From Mobula birostris (Eukaryota): a stretch of 64,000 nucleotides of DNA. Below the pieces are notes generated by a model. It made no database searches. It was not told the DNA's origin and saw only the letters and a list, made by a program, of their open reading frames with translations. Every line of letters starts with the position of its first letter. Position 1 is the stretch's first letter. Shown here piece after piece: positions 38,079-50,289 of this stretch. The stretch is from assembly GCF_030028105.1 (NCBI RefSeq), contig NC_092393.1, positions 31,287,248 through 31,351,247 on the forward strand, given 5' to 3'. The translations under genes and the position numbers were made by a program.

Positions 38079-39205
38079 ATAGTTATTCCTTTCAGCCACA
38101 GTGTTGTCATCTAGTTTTCCCATTTGAGTGTTTTAGTTAATGGCCCTGTTTGGTCCTAGTGTTTAATGTTTTCCTTTCCCTTAAAACCCTGTTCACGTGT
38201 CTGAATGACTGGTGTCCTGTTGCACTCACCTGAATAATAAGCAAATTCTTCGAGAGGCTGATCAAGGGCTACATCTGCAGCTTGCTACCACCCACACCCC
38301 CTACAATTCACCGACTGACACAACCAATTGACAGATAACGCAGTAGCCACAGCTCTACACACCGTCCTTACACACCTAAAGAAGGATGGCTTATGAGAGA
38401 ATGCTGTTTTGGACTACAGTTCAGCATTCACAAGATCACAAGACAAAGGAGTAGAAGTAGGCCATTTGGCCCATCGAGTCTGCTCTGCAGCTCCCCCATG
38501 AGCTAAACTATTCACCCATCTATTTCCAATTTCCAGCTTTTTCCCCATATCCCTTGATACCCTAATTAGATACCTATCAATCTCCTCCTTAAACACCCTC
38601 AATGATCAGGCCTCCACAGCTATATGTGGCAATGAATTCCACAAATCCATGACCCTCTGGCTAAAAAAATTTCTCATCTGTTTTAACTGGGTACCCTCTA
38701 ATTCTAAGACTATGGCCTCTTGTCCTGGACTCACCCACCAAGAGAAACAACCTTTCCACATCTACTCTGTCCAACCCTTTCAACATTTGAAATGTTTCTA
38801 TGAGATCCCCTCTCATCCTTCTATACTCTGATGACTACAATCCAAGAGCCGACAAACGCTCCTCATATGTTAGCCCCTGCATTCCAGGAATCATCCACGT
38901 AAATCTTCTCTGAACTCTCTCCAACATCAGTACATCCTTTCTAAGATAGGGGGCCCCAAAACTGCACACAGTATTCCAAATGAGGTCTCACTAATGCCCC
39001 ATAGAGCCTCATCAACAACACCTTACTCATACACTATTCCTCTTGAAATGAATGCCAACATAGCATTCGCTTTCCTTACCGCCGATCCAACTTGGTGGTT
39101 AACATTTAGGGTATCCTGCACGAGGACCCCCAAGTCCCTTTGCACTTCCGGTTTTTGAATTTTCTCCCCATCTAAATAATAATCTGCCCAATTATTTCTT
39201 CTTCC

Positions 39206-40827
39206 TGTCATGGTCTGGATCGGGGTCCCTTTAAATTTACCTTGTTTATGTTAGGATCCGGACCATTGATTCCCAGTTTTCCCGTGACCCTTGACTTTGG
39301 GATTAGAGGCAATTAACAATCAGCTGAACCAGTAGTTTATAGTCTCCAGCTTTCAGCCGTTCGGCGCGGGAGCATCTGCAAAGTCACCAGGGTACAGCGT
39401 GCCAATGTCATCTGGCCGAAGCAAGCCTAGTCTCCACCCGAAGTGAGTGCCGGTAATTCGCCTTTCCTTACCGGAGTAACCCTGTCAAGTTACCCCGCTA
39501 AAGCGAGCCTGCAAAGTCTCCTCACCGAGGTGGGTCCGTCAGTTAATCCGCCAAAGGGAATCAAGAACCGCTGTCTACTGTTCCCAGGCCGAGTGGAGAG
39601 CTCGCCACTACCCGGAGGCTCCAAATCAAGTCCTGGCGGCATTCAAGCGCCAAGTCCTGGCGGCATTCAAGCGCCAAGTCCTGGCGGCATTCAAGCGCCA
39701 AGTCCTGGCGGCATTCAAGCGCCAAGTCCTGGCGGCATTCAAGCGCCAAGTCCTGGCGGCATTCAAGCGCCAAGTCCTGGCGGCATTCAAGCGCCAAGTC
39801 CTGGCGGCATTCAAGCGCCAAGTCCTGGCGGCATTCAAGCGCCAAGTCCTGGCGGCATTCAAGCGCCAAGTCCTGGCGGCATTCAAGCGCCAAGTCCTGG
39901 CGGCATTCAAGCGCCAAGTCCTGGCGGCATTCAAGCGCCAAGTCCTGGCGGCATTCAAGCGCCAAGTCCTGGCGGCATTCAAGCGCCAAGTCCTGGCGGC
40001 ATTCAAGCGCCAAGTCCTGGCGGCATTCAAGCGCCAAGTCCTGGCGGCATTCAAGCGCCAAGTCCTGGCGGCATTCAAGCGCCAAGTCCTGGCGGCATTC
40101 AAGCGCCAAGTCAAGTCCTGGCCCTGGCAGTCTATGATTCCTGTCCTACCCCCTTGTCCAAATCCCTTCTCTGCCCCTCTCACCTCTAGCCCTCGTCTGC
40201 AGCCCCCACCTGCACTTCGGTCTAGTTTCATCACCAGAGCTAGATAGGTACTGTCTGGTGTTCATTCGTGTTGGTCTTGTCCTCGCCTCTGTGGGGTTAG
40301 TCAGGCCATGTTGCCGTTGCTCCGTGGGGGGTCATGTCTTGTCCTCGCCTCCAGGGGGGTAAGTCTGGCCATCTTGCCGTTGCCCCGCAGAGGGTCATGA
40401 GTCCCGGCCCCATGTCCTGTACCCAAGGAGGGGTCCTGACTCTGTTCTGTGTATGTGTCCATGGTTCTATGTACCTGCTCTCCCGAGACCCTGTGTTCCC
40501 ATGTTCCTCCTCTCCCTAGCCCATGTCATGTCCATGCCTGTTTCTGGGGTCCAAGCCCAAGGCAAGACCCAGGTACTGGGTCCTTGCCCAGACTCAGAGT
40601 CCATACCCTAGCCTCTTCATGTCTCCTATAGTTCTGGGAGCCGATCCTGAGTCCAAGCCCAGACACCTGGTCCCAGCCTAGTCGTAGTCCTGAGTCCTTG
40701 TCCAGTTCGCTATTTCCTGCTCCTGCCTTGCTCTCCTGGTATCGAAAAATAAACTAAATCTAAGTAACCTCAAGATGTGTCTTGCATTTGGGTCCACCCT
40801 TGCTCCCAATGCCCCGCCATTGTGACA
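39206..40827 (+). mobile_element. Solo LTR-like element (1622 bp), TGTCA..TGACA ends, 5-bp TSD cttcc
   Basis: Host CR1 resumes exactly after the element. TSD at 39201-39205 and 40828-40832. AATAAA about 75 bp before the 3' end. Confidence 0.85.
39627..40106. repeat. Perfect tandem array, 20 x 24 bp (caagtcctggcggcattcaagcgc)
   Basis: 480 bp / 24 = 20 identical units read directly. Confidence 0.97.
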
Positions 40828-42669
40828 CTTCCGAAATGTACAACAGTACATTTGTCAACGTTGTATCTCATCTACCATTTCTTTGCCCACTCTCCTAAAC
40901 TAACTTTTTTTTTTTTTTTTTAAAAAACAACCTTTCCATTTCTTCACCATTTCCTACTCCTCCACCTACCTTGGTGTCATCTGCAAACTTAGCCACAAAA
41001 CCATTTAATCCATATCATCGATATACATCGTAAAAAGAAGCAGCCCCAACACTGACCTCTGCGGAACACCACTAGTAACCGGCAACCAATCAGAATAGGA
41101 TCCCTTTATTCCCAGCCTTTGCTTTCTACCTATCAGCCAATGCTCCACCCATTTCAATACCTTTCCTATAATTCCATGGGCTCTAATCTTAAGCAGCCTC
41201 GTATACTGCACTTTATCAAAGGCCTTTTGAAAATCCAAATACACAGCATCCACAGCCTCTCCCTTGTCAATCTTATTCGAGATTACCTCAAAAAAGTTCC
41301 AATAGGAGGCAGGATCTTCCCTTCATGAAACCATGCTGGCTTTGGCCCATCTTGTCATGCACTTCAAGGTATTTCATAACCTTGTCCTTGAGGATTGACT
41401 CCAATATCTTTCCAACTACCGATGTCAGACTAAGTCTGTAATTTTCTTTTCGCTGCCTCCTTCCTTTCTTAAATAGCGGAACTACATTTGTGACCTTCCA
41501 GTCCTCCAGAAACATGCCAGAGTCTATTGATTCCTGGAAGATCATTTCCAATGCTTCCACACTCTCCAAAGCTACTTCCTTCAGAACCCTTGGGTGCACT
41601 TCATCTGGACCAGGAGACTTATCTATTCTTAGTCCACTTAGCTTCCCAAGCACTTTCTCTCTAGTAATCTTGACTGTACCTAATTCTATTCCCTGATACC
41701 TCTGGCTGTCAGGTATATTGCTCATGTCTTCCACTGTGAAGACTGATGCAAAATACTCATTCAGTTCCTCCGCCATCTCTTTGTTATCCATTATAATTAC
41801 TCCAGCATCATTTTCAATCAGTTTTCCTAATGACTTCCTTAGTTTCCTTCTGTAAGTTTTTAAAATTCTTCCAGTCTTCATTTTTCCCACTAATTTTTGC
41901 TTCCTTGTATGCCATTTTTTTTGCTTTTATTTTTGCCTTAACCTCTCTCGTTAGCCACATTTGTGCCATTTTTCCATTCATGATTTTCTTTTTTCTTGGA
42001 ATATACGTTTCCTGCATTTTCCTTATTTCTTGTAGGAATTTCATCCAATTCTGCTCTGCTGTCCCTCCATTTAGCTTACTTTTCCAATCGACTTGGGCCA
42101 TTTCCTCTCTCATACCACTGTAATTTCCCCTGTTCCACTGAAATATCGATACACCTGATACCAGCTTCTCCTTTTCAAATTTGAAACTGAACTCAATCAT
42201 ATTATGATCACTACTTCCAAGGGGTTCCTTTACCTCCAGCTCCCTAATCGCCTCAGGTTCGTTACACAGCACCCAATCCAAAACAGCCGGTCCCCTGGTG
42301 GGCTTCTGGATAAGCTGCTCCAAAAAGCCATCCTGTAGGCATTCTACAAACTCCCTCTCCTGAGATCCATTACCTTCCTGACTTCCCCAATCCACTTTCA
42401 TATTAAAATCCCCCCATAATTATCTTGACATTTTCCTTCTGACACACTTTTTCTATTTCCAGCTGCAACTTGTAGTCCACATCCCAGCTGCTGTTTGGAG
42501 GCCTATATATAACTGCTATTAGTGTCTTTTTACCCTTGCCATTTCTTAATTCTACCCATAAGGATCCTACCTCTTCTGATCCTATGTCTCTTCTTTCTAT
42601 TGATTTGATATCGTTATTTACCATCAGGGCCACGCCACCCCTTTTACCTACCTTCCTGTACACTGTGTA

Positions 42670-42990
42670 ACCCAGCATGTGAAGACAGACTCCGGCGGAT
42701 TGAGCAGACGAGACCAATGGAAGGTCCAACGGTCAAGAAGGCGGTCTCTGCAGCGTCGTGGAACGTGTAGAGCAGGACAAGACACAGAAGACATCCTGGT
42801 CATCCACTGTGCCTAGTCCCATCTCCAGCCGTCCAGACTCTGTCTTGCCACTGGATCCAGATGGGAATTGGGAAGAGAGTGAGGCTGACGCTGCGCAACT
42901 CTCCCTCACTTCAATCCAAATCACCCGCTAGTCTCGACACCATCATAATGGTGTCGAGGTCCTCATTGACGTCAATGATGGACGAACAAC
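42670..42990 (+). mobile_element. ~320-bp GC-rich non-LTR-type insertion with 3' hairpins and an (AAC) tail
   Basis: TSD cactgtgta at 42661-42669 and 42994-43002. 11-bp stem at 42933-42958; 16-bp palindrome at 42963-42978. Confidence 0.65.
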
Positions 42991-43809
42991 ATGCACTGTG
43001 TATCCTTGGATATTCAGCTCCCAATCACATCCATCATTTAGCCATGACTCAGTGATGGCCACAATGTCATATCTTTTAACCTGCAGCTGTGCAGCAAAGT
43101 CATCCACTTTATTTCTAATGCTGCATGCATTTAAGTACAATACATTTAGATCAGTATCTGTCGCCAATTTTGCTATATTTCTATTTTGCAGCAAATTATC
43201 CTGTATATTCTCCAGCCAGTCCTTCTTACCATCTTTGCTGCACAGGATTTTTGACTTATTTCTATTTTCCTCTTCCTCAACCCTAACACCTTGGTTTCAT
43301 TCCCCTTGCCAACTTAGTTTAAACCCTCCCTAACAGCTATATTAAACAATCCCACCAGGATATTAGTACCTTTTGAGTTCAGGTGTAATCCATCTTTTTT
43401 GTATAAGTCATACCTTCCCCAAAATAGATCCCAATGATTCAAGAATTTGAAGCCCTGCCCCCTGCACCAGTTACTTAGCCACACATTCATCTGCTTAATT
43501 CTGCTATTCTTACCATCATTAGCATGCAGCTCAGGCAGCAATCCTGATATTTTTACTCTGGAGGTCCAGCTTTTCAATTTTCTTCCCAGCTCCCAGTAAT
43601 CTTTCTTCAGGACCTCCTCTCTTTTTCTGTCTATGTCATTGGTACCAACATGTACCAAGACTTCCGGCTGCTCACCCTCTCTCCTCAGAATACTCTGGAC
43701 TTGATCTGAGACATCCCGTACCTGGGCACCAGGGAGGCAACACACCATCCTGGTATCCTTGTCCAGCTCACAGAATCTCTTGTCCGTCCCCCTTACGATG
43801 GCCTTACGA

Positions 43810-44540
43810 TTCAACAACATAATTCCTTCCAGGCTTGGCAAGAAGCTCAGAGACCTTGCCCTTCACCCTCCTTGTGTAGCTGGATCCTGAACTTCCTGTC
43901 AGATTGCTGGCAAGTGGTAAGAGTGGGCTCTCACCTCTGCCCTATGACCCTCAACACAGTTGCCCCTCAGGGCTGTGTCCTAAGCACCCTCCTTTACACT
44001 CTGTATACCCACGACTGTGTTGCCAACCATAGCTCCGATCTGCTAATTAAATTTACTGATGACACTACGCTGATTGGCCTAATCTTAAATAATAATGAGG
44101 CAGCCTACAGAGAAGTCGACACCCTGAAACATTGGTGTCAAGGAAACAACCTCTCCCTCAATGTCACAAAAACAAAGGAGATGGTTGTGGACTACAGGAG
44201 GAATGAAGACAGGCTAACCCCTATTGACATCAATGGATCTGGGGTTGAGAGCGTGAACGACTTTAAGTTCCTCAGCATAAACATCACCAAGGATCTCATG
44301 TGGTCTGTACATACCAGCTGTATGGTGAAAAAGGCACAATAGTGCTTCTTTTACCTCAGATGGTTGAAGTAGTATGGTATGGGCTCCCAAATCCTAAGAA
44401 CTTTCTAAAGGGGCACAATTGAGAGCATCCTGACTGGCTGCATCACTGCTTGATATGGGAACTGTACTTCTCTCAGTCACAGGACTCTGCAGAAAGTGAT
44501 GTGGACAGCCCAGCACATCTATAGATCTGAACTTCCCATG
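43810..44540 (+). mobile_element. Rex1/Babar-like RT fragment (ORF 43872-44342)
   Basis: APQGCVLSTLLYTLYTHDC..KFTDDTT..LNVTKTKEMVVDYRR. Confidence 0.85.
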
Positions 44541-45420
44541 ATTCACTGTGCCACTAGCCACTGGCCTCCAGTCAGAGAGAGAACCCTCCACCACCACTCT
44601 CTGCCTTCTCCCACAAAGCCAATGTCTAATCCAATTTACTACTCATTCTGAATACCAAGCAATTGAACCATTTCTGACCAGCCTCCCTCGCGGGATGTTG
44701 CCAAATGCCTTAACAAATTCTACGTAGGCAACAAGCACTGCATTGCCTTCATCCACTTTCCTGGTAACATCCTACCACTGGTAGATGAGACCTACCACTC
44801 ATGAAGCTATGCTGACTATCCTTAATCAGTCCATGTCCATCCAAATACTTATATATCCAGTCCCTTAGAATACCTTCCAATAACTTTCCCACAACTGATG
44901 TCAGATTCACTGGCCTATAATTTCCTGGTTTATGTTTAAGAGCTTTTTAAAACAGAACACTGGCTATCCTACAATTCTCTGGTACATTCCCTGTCGCTAA
45001 GGATGTTTTAAATACCTCTGCTAGGGCCCCAGAAATTGCTGCGCTTCCCTTTCATTGGGTCCAAGGGATTACCTTATCAGGCTCTGGGGATTTATCCACC
45101 CAGATTCACCTTAGGGTAGCAAACACCTTCTCCTCTCTAATCTGAACATTGTCCATGAAGTTGATGCTACTTTGCTTCACTTCGAGACTTGTAATCAGTT
45201 TCCTGAGTAAATACAGATGCAAAAACAATATTCAAGATCTCCTCCTTCCATTTTGGCTCCACACATGGATAATCAGTCTGGTCTTCCAGAGAACCTATTT
45301 TGCTCTTAACTAACTGCAGAATCCCTTAAGATTCTCCTTCATCTTCTCTGCTAGAGCAACTTCAGTCCTTTTAACCTTCTTTGATTTCTTTCCTGTATTC
45401 ACTTGCGTTTCTTACACTTC

Positions 45421-47235
45421 TGTAAGGGGTTCTTCTTTAATGTTACTGCTAAGGTGAATAAAATGGCTTCTCTGTACTGTTAACTGCTGAGACAGTGGTT
45501 CTCTATAGCAGTATGTTTGGATTATAATTAGTGATAACTGGACTTGTATTCATTTGTTAACCAATTGGGGGATAGATGTTATTCTTTGTCTGTGTGAAGC
45601 TGTTAGTTGCGCAGACTTTGGGGAGAAGGCGTGAGGAGAATGGAGAGAGAGGACGTGGCTTGAGGAGACGGTTACCAGGCCCACTGGGCCTGGGCTCGGG
45701 GCAGGAGCCCAGAGGTCGACAACGAGCAGAGGATCAGTGAAAGGGAATCCATGAGCTCCAACGTTTGTGCACTGGACATGTTTATGAGATTATTTGGTGC
45801 CTTTTATTTGTTTTCCTTTTCTTTTGTTTCTCTACTAACCCCATACTTAAATATAAAATCTTAATCATTTAACCGCACATTGTGGACTGAATGTTATTTT
45901 GGGGCACTGATGTTACACAGGGGACAACACGCAGCTGTCACAAGGGGTGCTGAGAACAGACCCAAATGCAAGACACAGACACTAAAGTACAAAGAACAGG
46001 GCTTAACTAGAGTAAGGGCATGATAGGATTCAGGCAAGGAGCAGGAACAAGAGTGCAGACTTGGGCTAGGGAAAGCAGGACCAGGACTAGGAACCATGAA
46101 CTAGAAGACAAGGCTTGGACTCTGAGCCCAGGACTGGACAAAGACCCAGAACCTAGGTCTTGCCTCGAGCTCGGACCCCAGAACCAGACAAGGACATGAC
46201 TTGGCTGCCAGCTGGGGTCTGGGGTCTTTGGGTCCTGAGGCTGCAGGATCCTCCTCTAGAAATGCATAGGCTGATAACTCGGAGGCTGGAGCTGAGACAC
46301 AGACTGGGAACTGAACATCAATATAGAGCCGGGACTTATTCTTCGACAAACCAGGACTCATCTTTAACACAACACTAACATGAGACAGGACAGAGCATAG
46401 ACAGAGCCAGGACTTACCCTACAAAAAGCCAGGACTCAATTTCATCTCCACACCAAGGTGGGACAGGTCCACTTATTGGGTAATGGCAGGACAGCCAGAC
46501 TTACCCAACAGAGGCAAAAACAAGACATGACCCCCCCCCCCCCAACAGCAAAACAGCCTGATTTACCCTACAGAGGCAAGGACAAGACTAAACAAGACTA
46601 AACAAGAAAACAAGACATGGCCCCCCCCAACAGGGCAACAGCAAAACAGCCTGACTTACCCTACAGAGGCAAGGACACAAAGAGACAAACACCAAAGGAC
46701 AATAGACAGTTCCATCTCTGCTCCAGGGTAGCTCCAAGTCTCAATTCAGCCAGCAACCTCAGCTGGCTACAGAAACAGCCAGATCCCCACCTAGCTCAGA
46801 GTGGCTAGCAGCCATTCAGCTGGCCCAGGAAACAGCCAAATCCATATCACAAAGACTACTCCAACAAGTGGCAACAAAGCTCCATGAAGCAGTGGTCCTA
46901 CAACCAGGTCACAAGATCACAAATGGTTTCACTAGCCTTCCATCAGCAAGTTGCTCCAGGGGAGACTGACAAAACAAACCAGCAGCCTATACTTAATCCC
47001 AAGGCTACTTATATTGCAAGCCCAAAGATGGGAATCAGGTGCCTATGATTAACTCAAACCAGGGACAGCTGGAAGACCTGGAGTCCTGAGTCCACAGACT
47101 GGACCGTGAACTGGAATGCGGACTTCACGGACTGGACCATGACACGCAGCATCCACCCAAACAAGAATACGAAGGTTTGGTCGGGGAGGGGGAGCCACCC
47201 CTGAGATCATGCCGCTGGGCAAAGCGAGTCTTACA
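45421..47235 (+). mobile_element. Solo LTR (~600 bp net), TGTAAG..CTTACA ends, 4-bp TSD cttc; contains a second LTR
   Basis: TSD at 45417-45420 and 47236-47239; host CR1 resumes after it. Confidence 0.75.
45936..47144 (-). mobile_element. Solo LTR of the same family as 39206-40827, lacking the 24-bp array; 6-bp TSD cgcagc
   Basis: Reverse complement starts tgtcatggtcc and ends ..gtcttgcatttgggtc..tgtgaca, like the first copy. Shares the internal gtcttgtcc(t)cgcctctg repeats. Confidence 0.8.
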
Positions 47236-48788
47236 CTTCATAAGGACCTCATTTGTTCTACTTGCCTATACCTGCTATGCATCTCCTTTTTCTCTTAACT
47301 AGGGCCTCAATATCTCTTGAAAACCAAGGTTCCCTGCACTTGTTATCTTTACCTTTTATTCTAACAGGCACATACAAGATTTGTACTCTCAGAATTTCAT
47401 TTTTGAAGGCTTCCCACTTTTGAAATACAGCTTTGCCAGAAAACAGCCTGTCCCAATCCGCACTTGCCAGATCATTTCTGATACCATCAAAATTGGCCTT
47501 TCTCCAATTTAGAATCTCAACTCGCAGACCAGGTCTATCTCTTAGCATATTTACTTTGAACCTGATTGTATTGTGGTCACTGGATGCAAAGTGCTCCCCT
47601 ACACAAACTTTTGACACCTGCCCTGTCTCATTCCCTAAAAACAGATCCAGTATTACACACTCTCTCATTGTGGCTTTACATACTGATGAAGGAAACTTTG
47701 CTGAACACATTTGACAAATTCTAACCTATCTAGTCCTTTTACATTATGGGATTCCCAGTCAATACGTGGAAAGTTAAAATCAAATACTATAACAATCTTA
47801 TGTTTCTTGCAACAGTCTGCATGCTCTTTAAAAATCTGGTCCTCTAAATCCTAGGACTGTTGGGTGGTTGGTGATATAGCTCCATTAACGTGGCCAAACC
47901 TTTCTTATTGTTCCAGATAAATGGCTTCCTTGATTAACTTACAGCTCAATTAACTGGAATCTGCTTTATATAAAATTATGAGAGGCAGAGATAGGGTAGG
48001 TCATAACGTTTATTCCAAACAAGGTCGAGAGGGCATAGGTTTAAGGAGACAGAAAAGAGTCTTGCAGGGGATTTCAAAGGGAAGGTTTTAACGCAAAGAG
48101 TGGTTGTTGTCTGAAATTGACTATCAGAGGAGATGGTGGAGTCATACACTGTCACTTCATTTAAGAAATATTTAGACAGACAATCCAATAAGCAAGGCAT
48201 TGAAGAATATTGACTTAATGCTGACAGATGGGATTAGTGCAGAGAGGCAAAAAGGTTAGCTTGGGAACAATGGGACATAGGGGCCATTTTTATAGAGTTA
48301 AATTCTATGGCTGTAAGATGTAAGAACCAGGCTAGCTTATTCCGATATGGAGATATTATACAAGTTGATTTTAACTTGATAATTTGCACGGCTGATTTAC
48401 AAAATAATATTATATTCCATTATTCAGTATTTTACAGTTGAAATTTTACATAACCTATGTTTTCCTGCGACAGCCCTCAATCCCTTTAAGAGAGCAAAAT
48501 AATGCAGCTGAGTATGAACCCAACCAATATCCCACTTTTGCTTTGATGTTGATTGTGGGGTTTAGAATTGGTTTAGGGGTGATATAAAAGTCTTAAGAGG
48601 AAGAGATCTTTAAAAGGACTGGCTAAATTGTATCTAAATTGTATAATCAGAACAAACAAGATTATGTCCTGAAAGATAACTTTTAACCTACTATTCTGTA
48701 GAAGTTCATGTAACTTCATGTGAGTCGGGCTTCATCAAGTTCAATTGTCAAAAAAAGGGTAAACATAGCTAAATTATTTTTTACCTGT

Positions 48789-48863
48789 CAGGAAGTAGAC
48801 CATTTATATAGATGGGTAGAAGCAGGTGTAAAGCCACATGTGGTTTAAGAAATGTGGCAGCTG
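48789..48863. promoter_or_regulatory. Candidate ETS/RUNX/E-box enhancer
   Basis: CAGGAAGT, CAGGTG, CACATGTG, TGTGGTTT and CAGCTG within 75 bp, in a ~2-kb TE-poor island. Confidence 0.3.
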
Positions 48864-49054
48864 CAAGAATGCTTTACCTTGGTAGATTTAATATATCCTC
48901 TTGTAGCCAATTGGCCTTTGAATGCAATTTTATTTATATAAGGTGCCAAACACCAGAGAAACAATTTCAACCTTTTGAAGTCTGAGAATTTAGGAGAATT
49001 TATGATAGCACACTGCTCCAGTCCATGCAGCTGAAAATGGGTACCAGCAAATGC

Positions 49055-49180
49055 TGGGGGTTAACCTCGCATAGATTGGCGTCCTATCCGGGGGTGGCGG
49101 AGGGGAGTCTCGTGCTCTCAGTTACTTCACGCCACAGAAACCGGCATAAGCACTGGCCTGATGGGCCTCAAGGCTCGGGA
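49055..49180 (+). mobile_element. Probable ancient SINE fragment
   Basis: gggttaacctcgcatagattggcgtcctatcc..cacagaaaccggcataagcactggcctgatgggcc resembles conserved SINE body/tail sequence (from memory); family not assigned. Confidence 0.35.
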
Positions 49181-50289
49181 GGAAAAAAAAATATTATGAT
49201 AGAGTAATAAGTTTTGTTTTTATCATTGCTGAGATAGCTTCAGAACTGGATTGCTTGGTTGTAAGTGTGTTACAGAAACAAAAGCAACAATATGCACGAA
49301 CATACTGTTACTGATGACCCCTTTCTTTCATTTGTTGTTACAAATTGTGTATTTCAGTCTACTCTAAAGTAAAAAAAGCAGAAAATCTTATACTGCAGTA
49401 TGACACTTGGTACTGAAGTACTATGTTTTAGAAGATACGTGAAATTGGGTAACCACTTACCTCATCATACCTGTATGTGGCAAAATTTCCCAGAAGAGCA
49501 GTAAAATTATCAATAATCTCCTGGTCAAAACTGTTGTTCATTATCAAATTGTCGTTTGTTGGATCCTGTGGCAGTTTTATTGCTGCATTACAATAGTAAA
49601 TGGCTCCAAAAGTATTTACTTGACAGAACCCATCTGATTGATTTTTTTTTCATAAATGGGTAGGAAGTGGGTCTCTTTAGGCATTGCACAAGTTTTTTAA
49701 AAAATTAATGATTTGGAGTTAGTGTTTATAAAAATAACTTTTTTCTGTTTTTCTCCTTTTTTCAAGGCTGAGCACAGGTTGACAGGTGCATGAACCAATA
49801 GACAGTACTTCATTGACTCACCGCAAGAAAAAGTAATTTTCCTTCAATATGTTAAGACTAGTTAATGTGTTGTGTACAATTATATTAATGATTTAAATGG
49901 CTGGGAACTTACAGACAATGTACTTGTAAGATTTCAGTAATGGTGGGTATTACTCTCAACTCTGAACTTGGAGAATAAAATTGAAAGATTGCCTTGTTTG
50001 ACAGTGGCAGCCTGTTCAACCAGGAAAATCAACTCAGAACAGATTGGTAGTTTCTAAGGATTCATTGATGCTTGCATTATTTCACTGAACACAGTGGCAA
50101 GTTCAAGTATTGTGAATTGAAAATTGTAATATTAATATAAATTTAACAAGTCATCATTAACAGGGAGAAAATATACCCAGAAATATTACCAGACAAATTG
50201 AGAAGTGTGGAAGAAATCCTCATTTTAAATCCCTATTGATTTTATTGTTTGTCATATTTCCTTATGTCGAGGTGAGGTAGGTTAAGGTT

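Larger units (their letters stand above)
38428..43805 (-). mobile_element. CR1 LINE (esterase ORF1, APE, RT), interrupted by a solo LTR and a 320-bp retroelement
   Basis: ORFs 43314-43841 (VHVGTND..DGLHLN), 42403-42729, 41814-42401 and 41288-41890; (CTTGTGAT)n-type tail at 38428. Confidence 0.9.
44545..47800 (-). mobile_element. Decayed CR1 hosting nested LTRs
   Basis: ILDLFLGNETGQV..EHFASSDHN..NWRKANF ORF (47258-47710) and RT remnants at 44545-45420. Confidence 0.8.

Noticed and set aside
37724-38110. SGNH/GDSL esterase-like ORFs (also 43314-43841 and 50635-51113) as host lipases
   Set aside because: They sit in the ORF1 position of CR1 elements, which are known to encode an esterase domain.
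39627-40106. 24-bp repeat array as a CRISPR array
   Set aside because: Units are contiguous with no spacers, the context is eukaryotic TE sequence, and there are no cas genes.
39443-40234. ORFs of 248, 202 and 182 aa over the array as real proteins
   Set aside because: They are open only because the 24-bp unit lacks stops in five frames. The + ORF starts at GTG and all lie inside a solo LTR.
42926-42958. Hairpin plus CTAG as a Helitron 3' end
   Set aside because: The element continues past the CTAG, has a 9-bp TSD and a simple-repeat tail; Helitrons make no TSD.
49400-49645. Minus-strand ~73-codon frame containing GAIYYCN and a strong gag|gtaagt donor, as a second Ig exon
   Set aside because: The acceptor is preceded by poly-A rather than pyrimidines, there is no B-strand Cys or other Ig spacing, and no partner exons.
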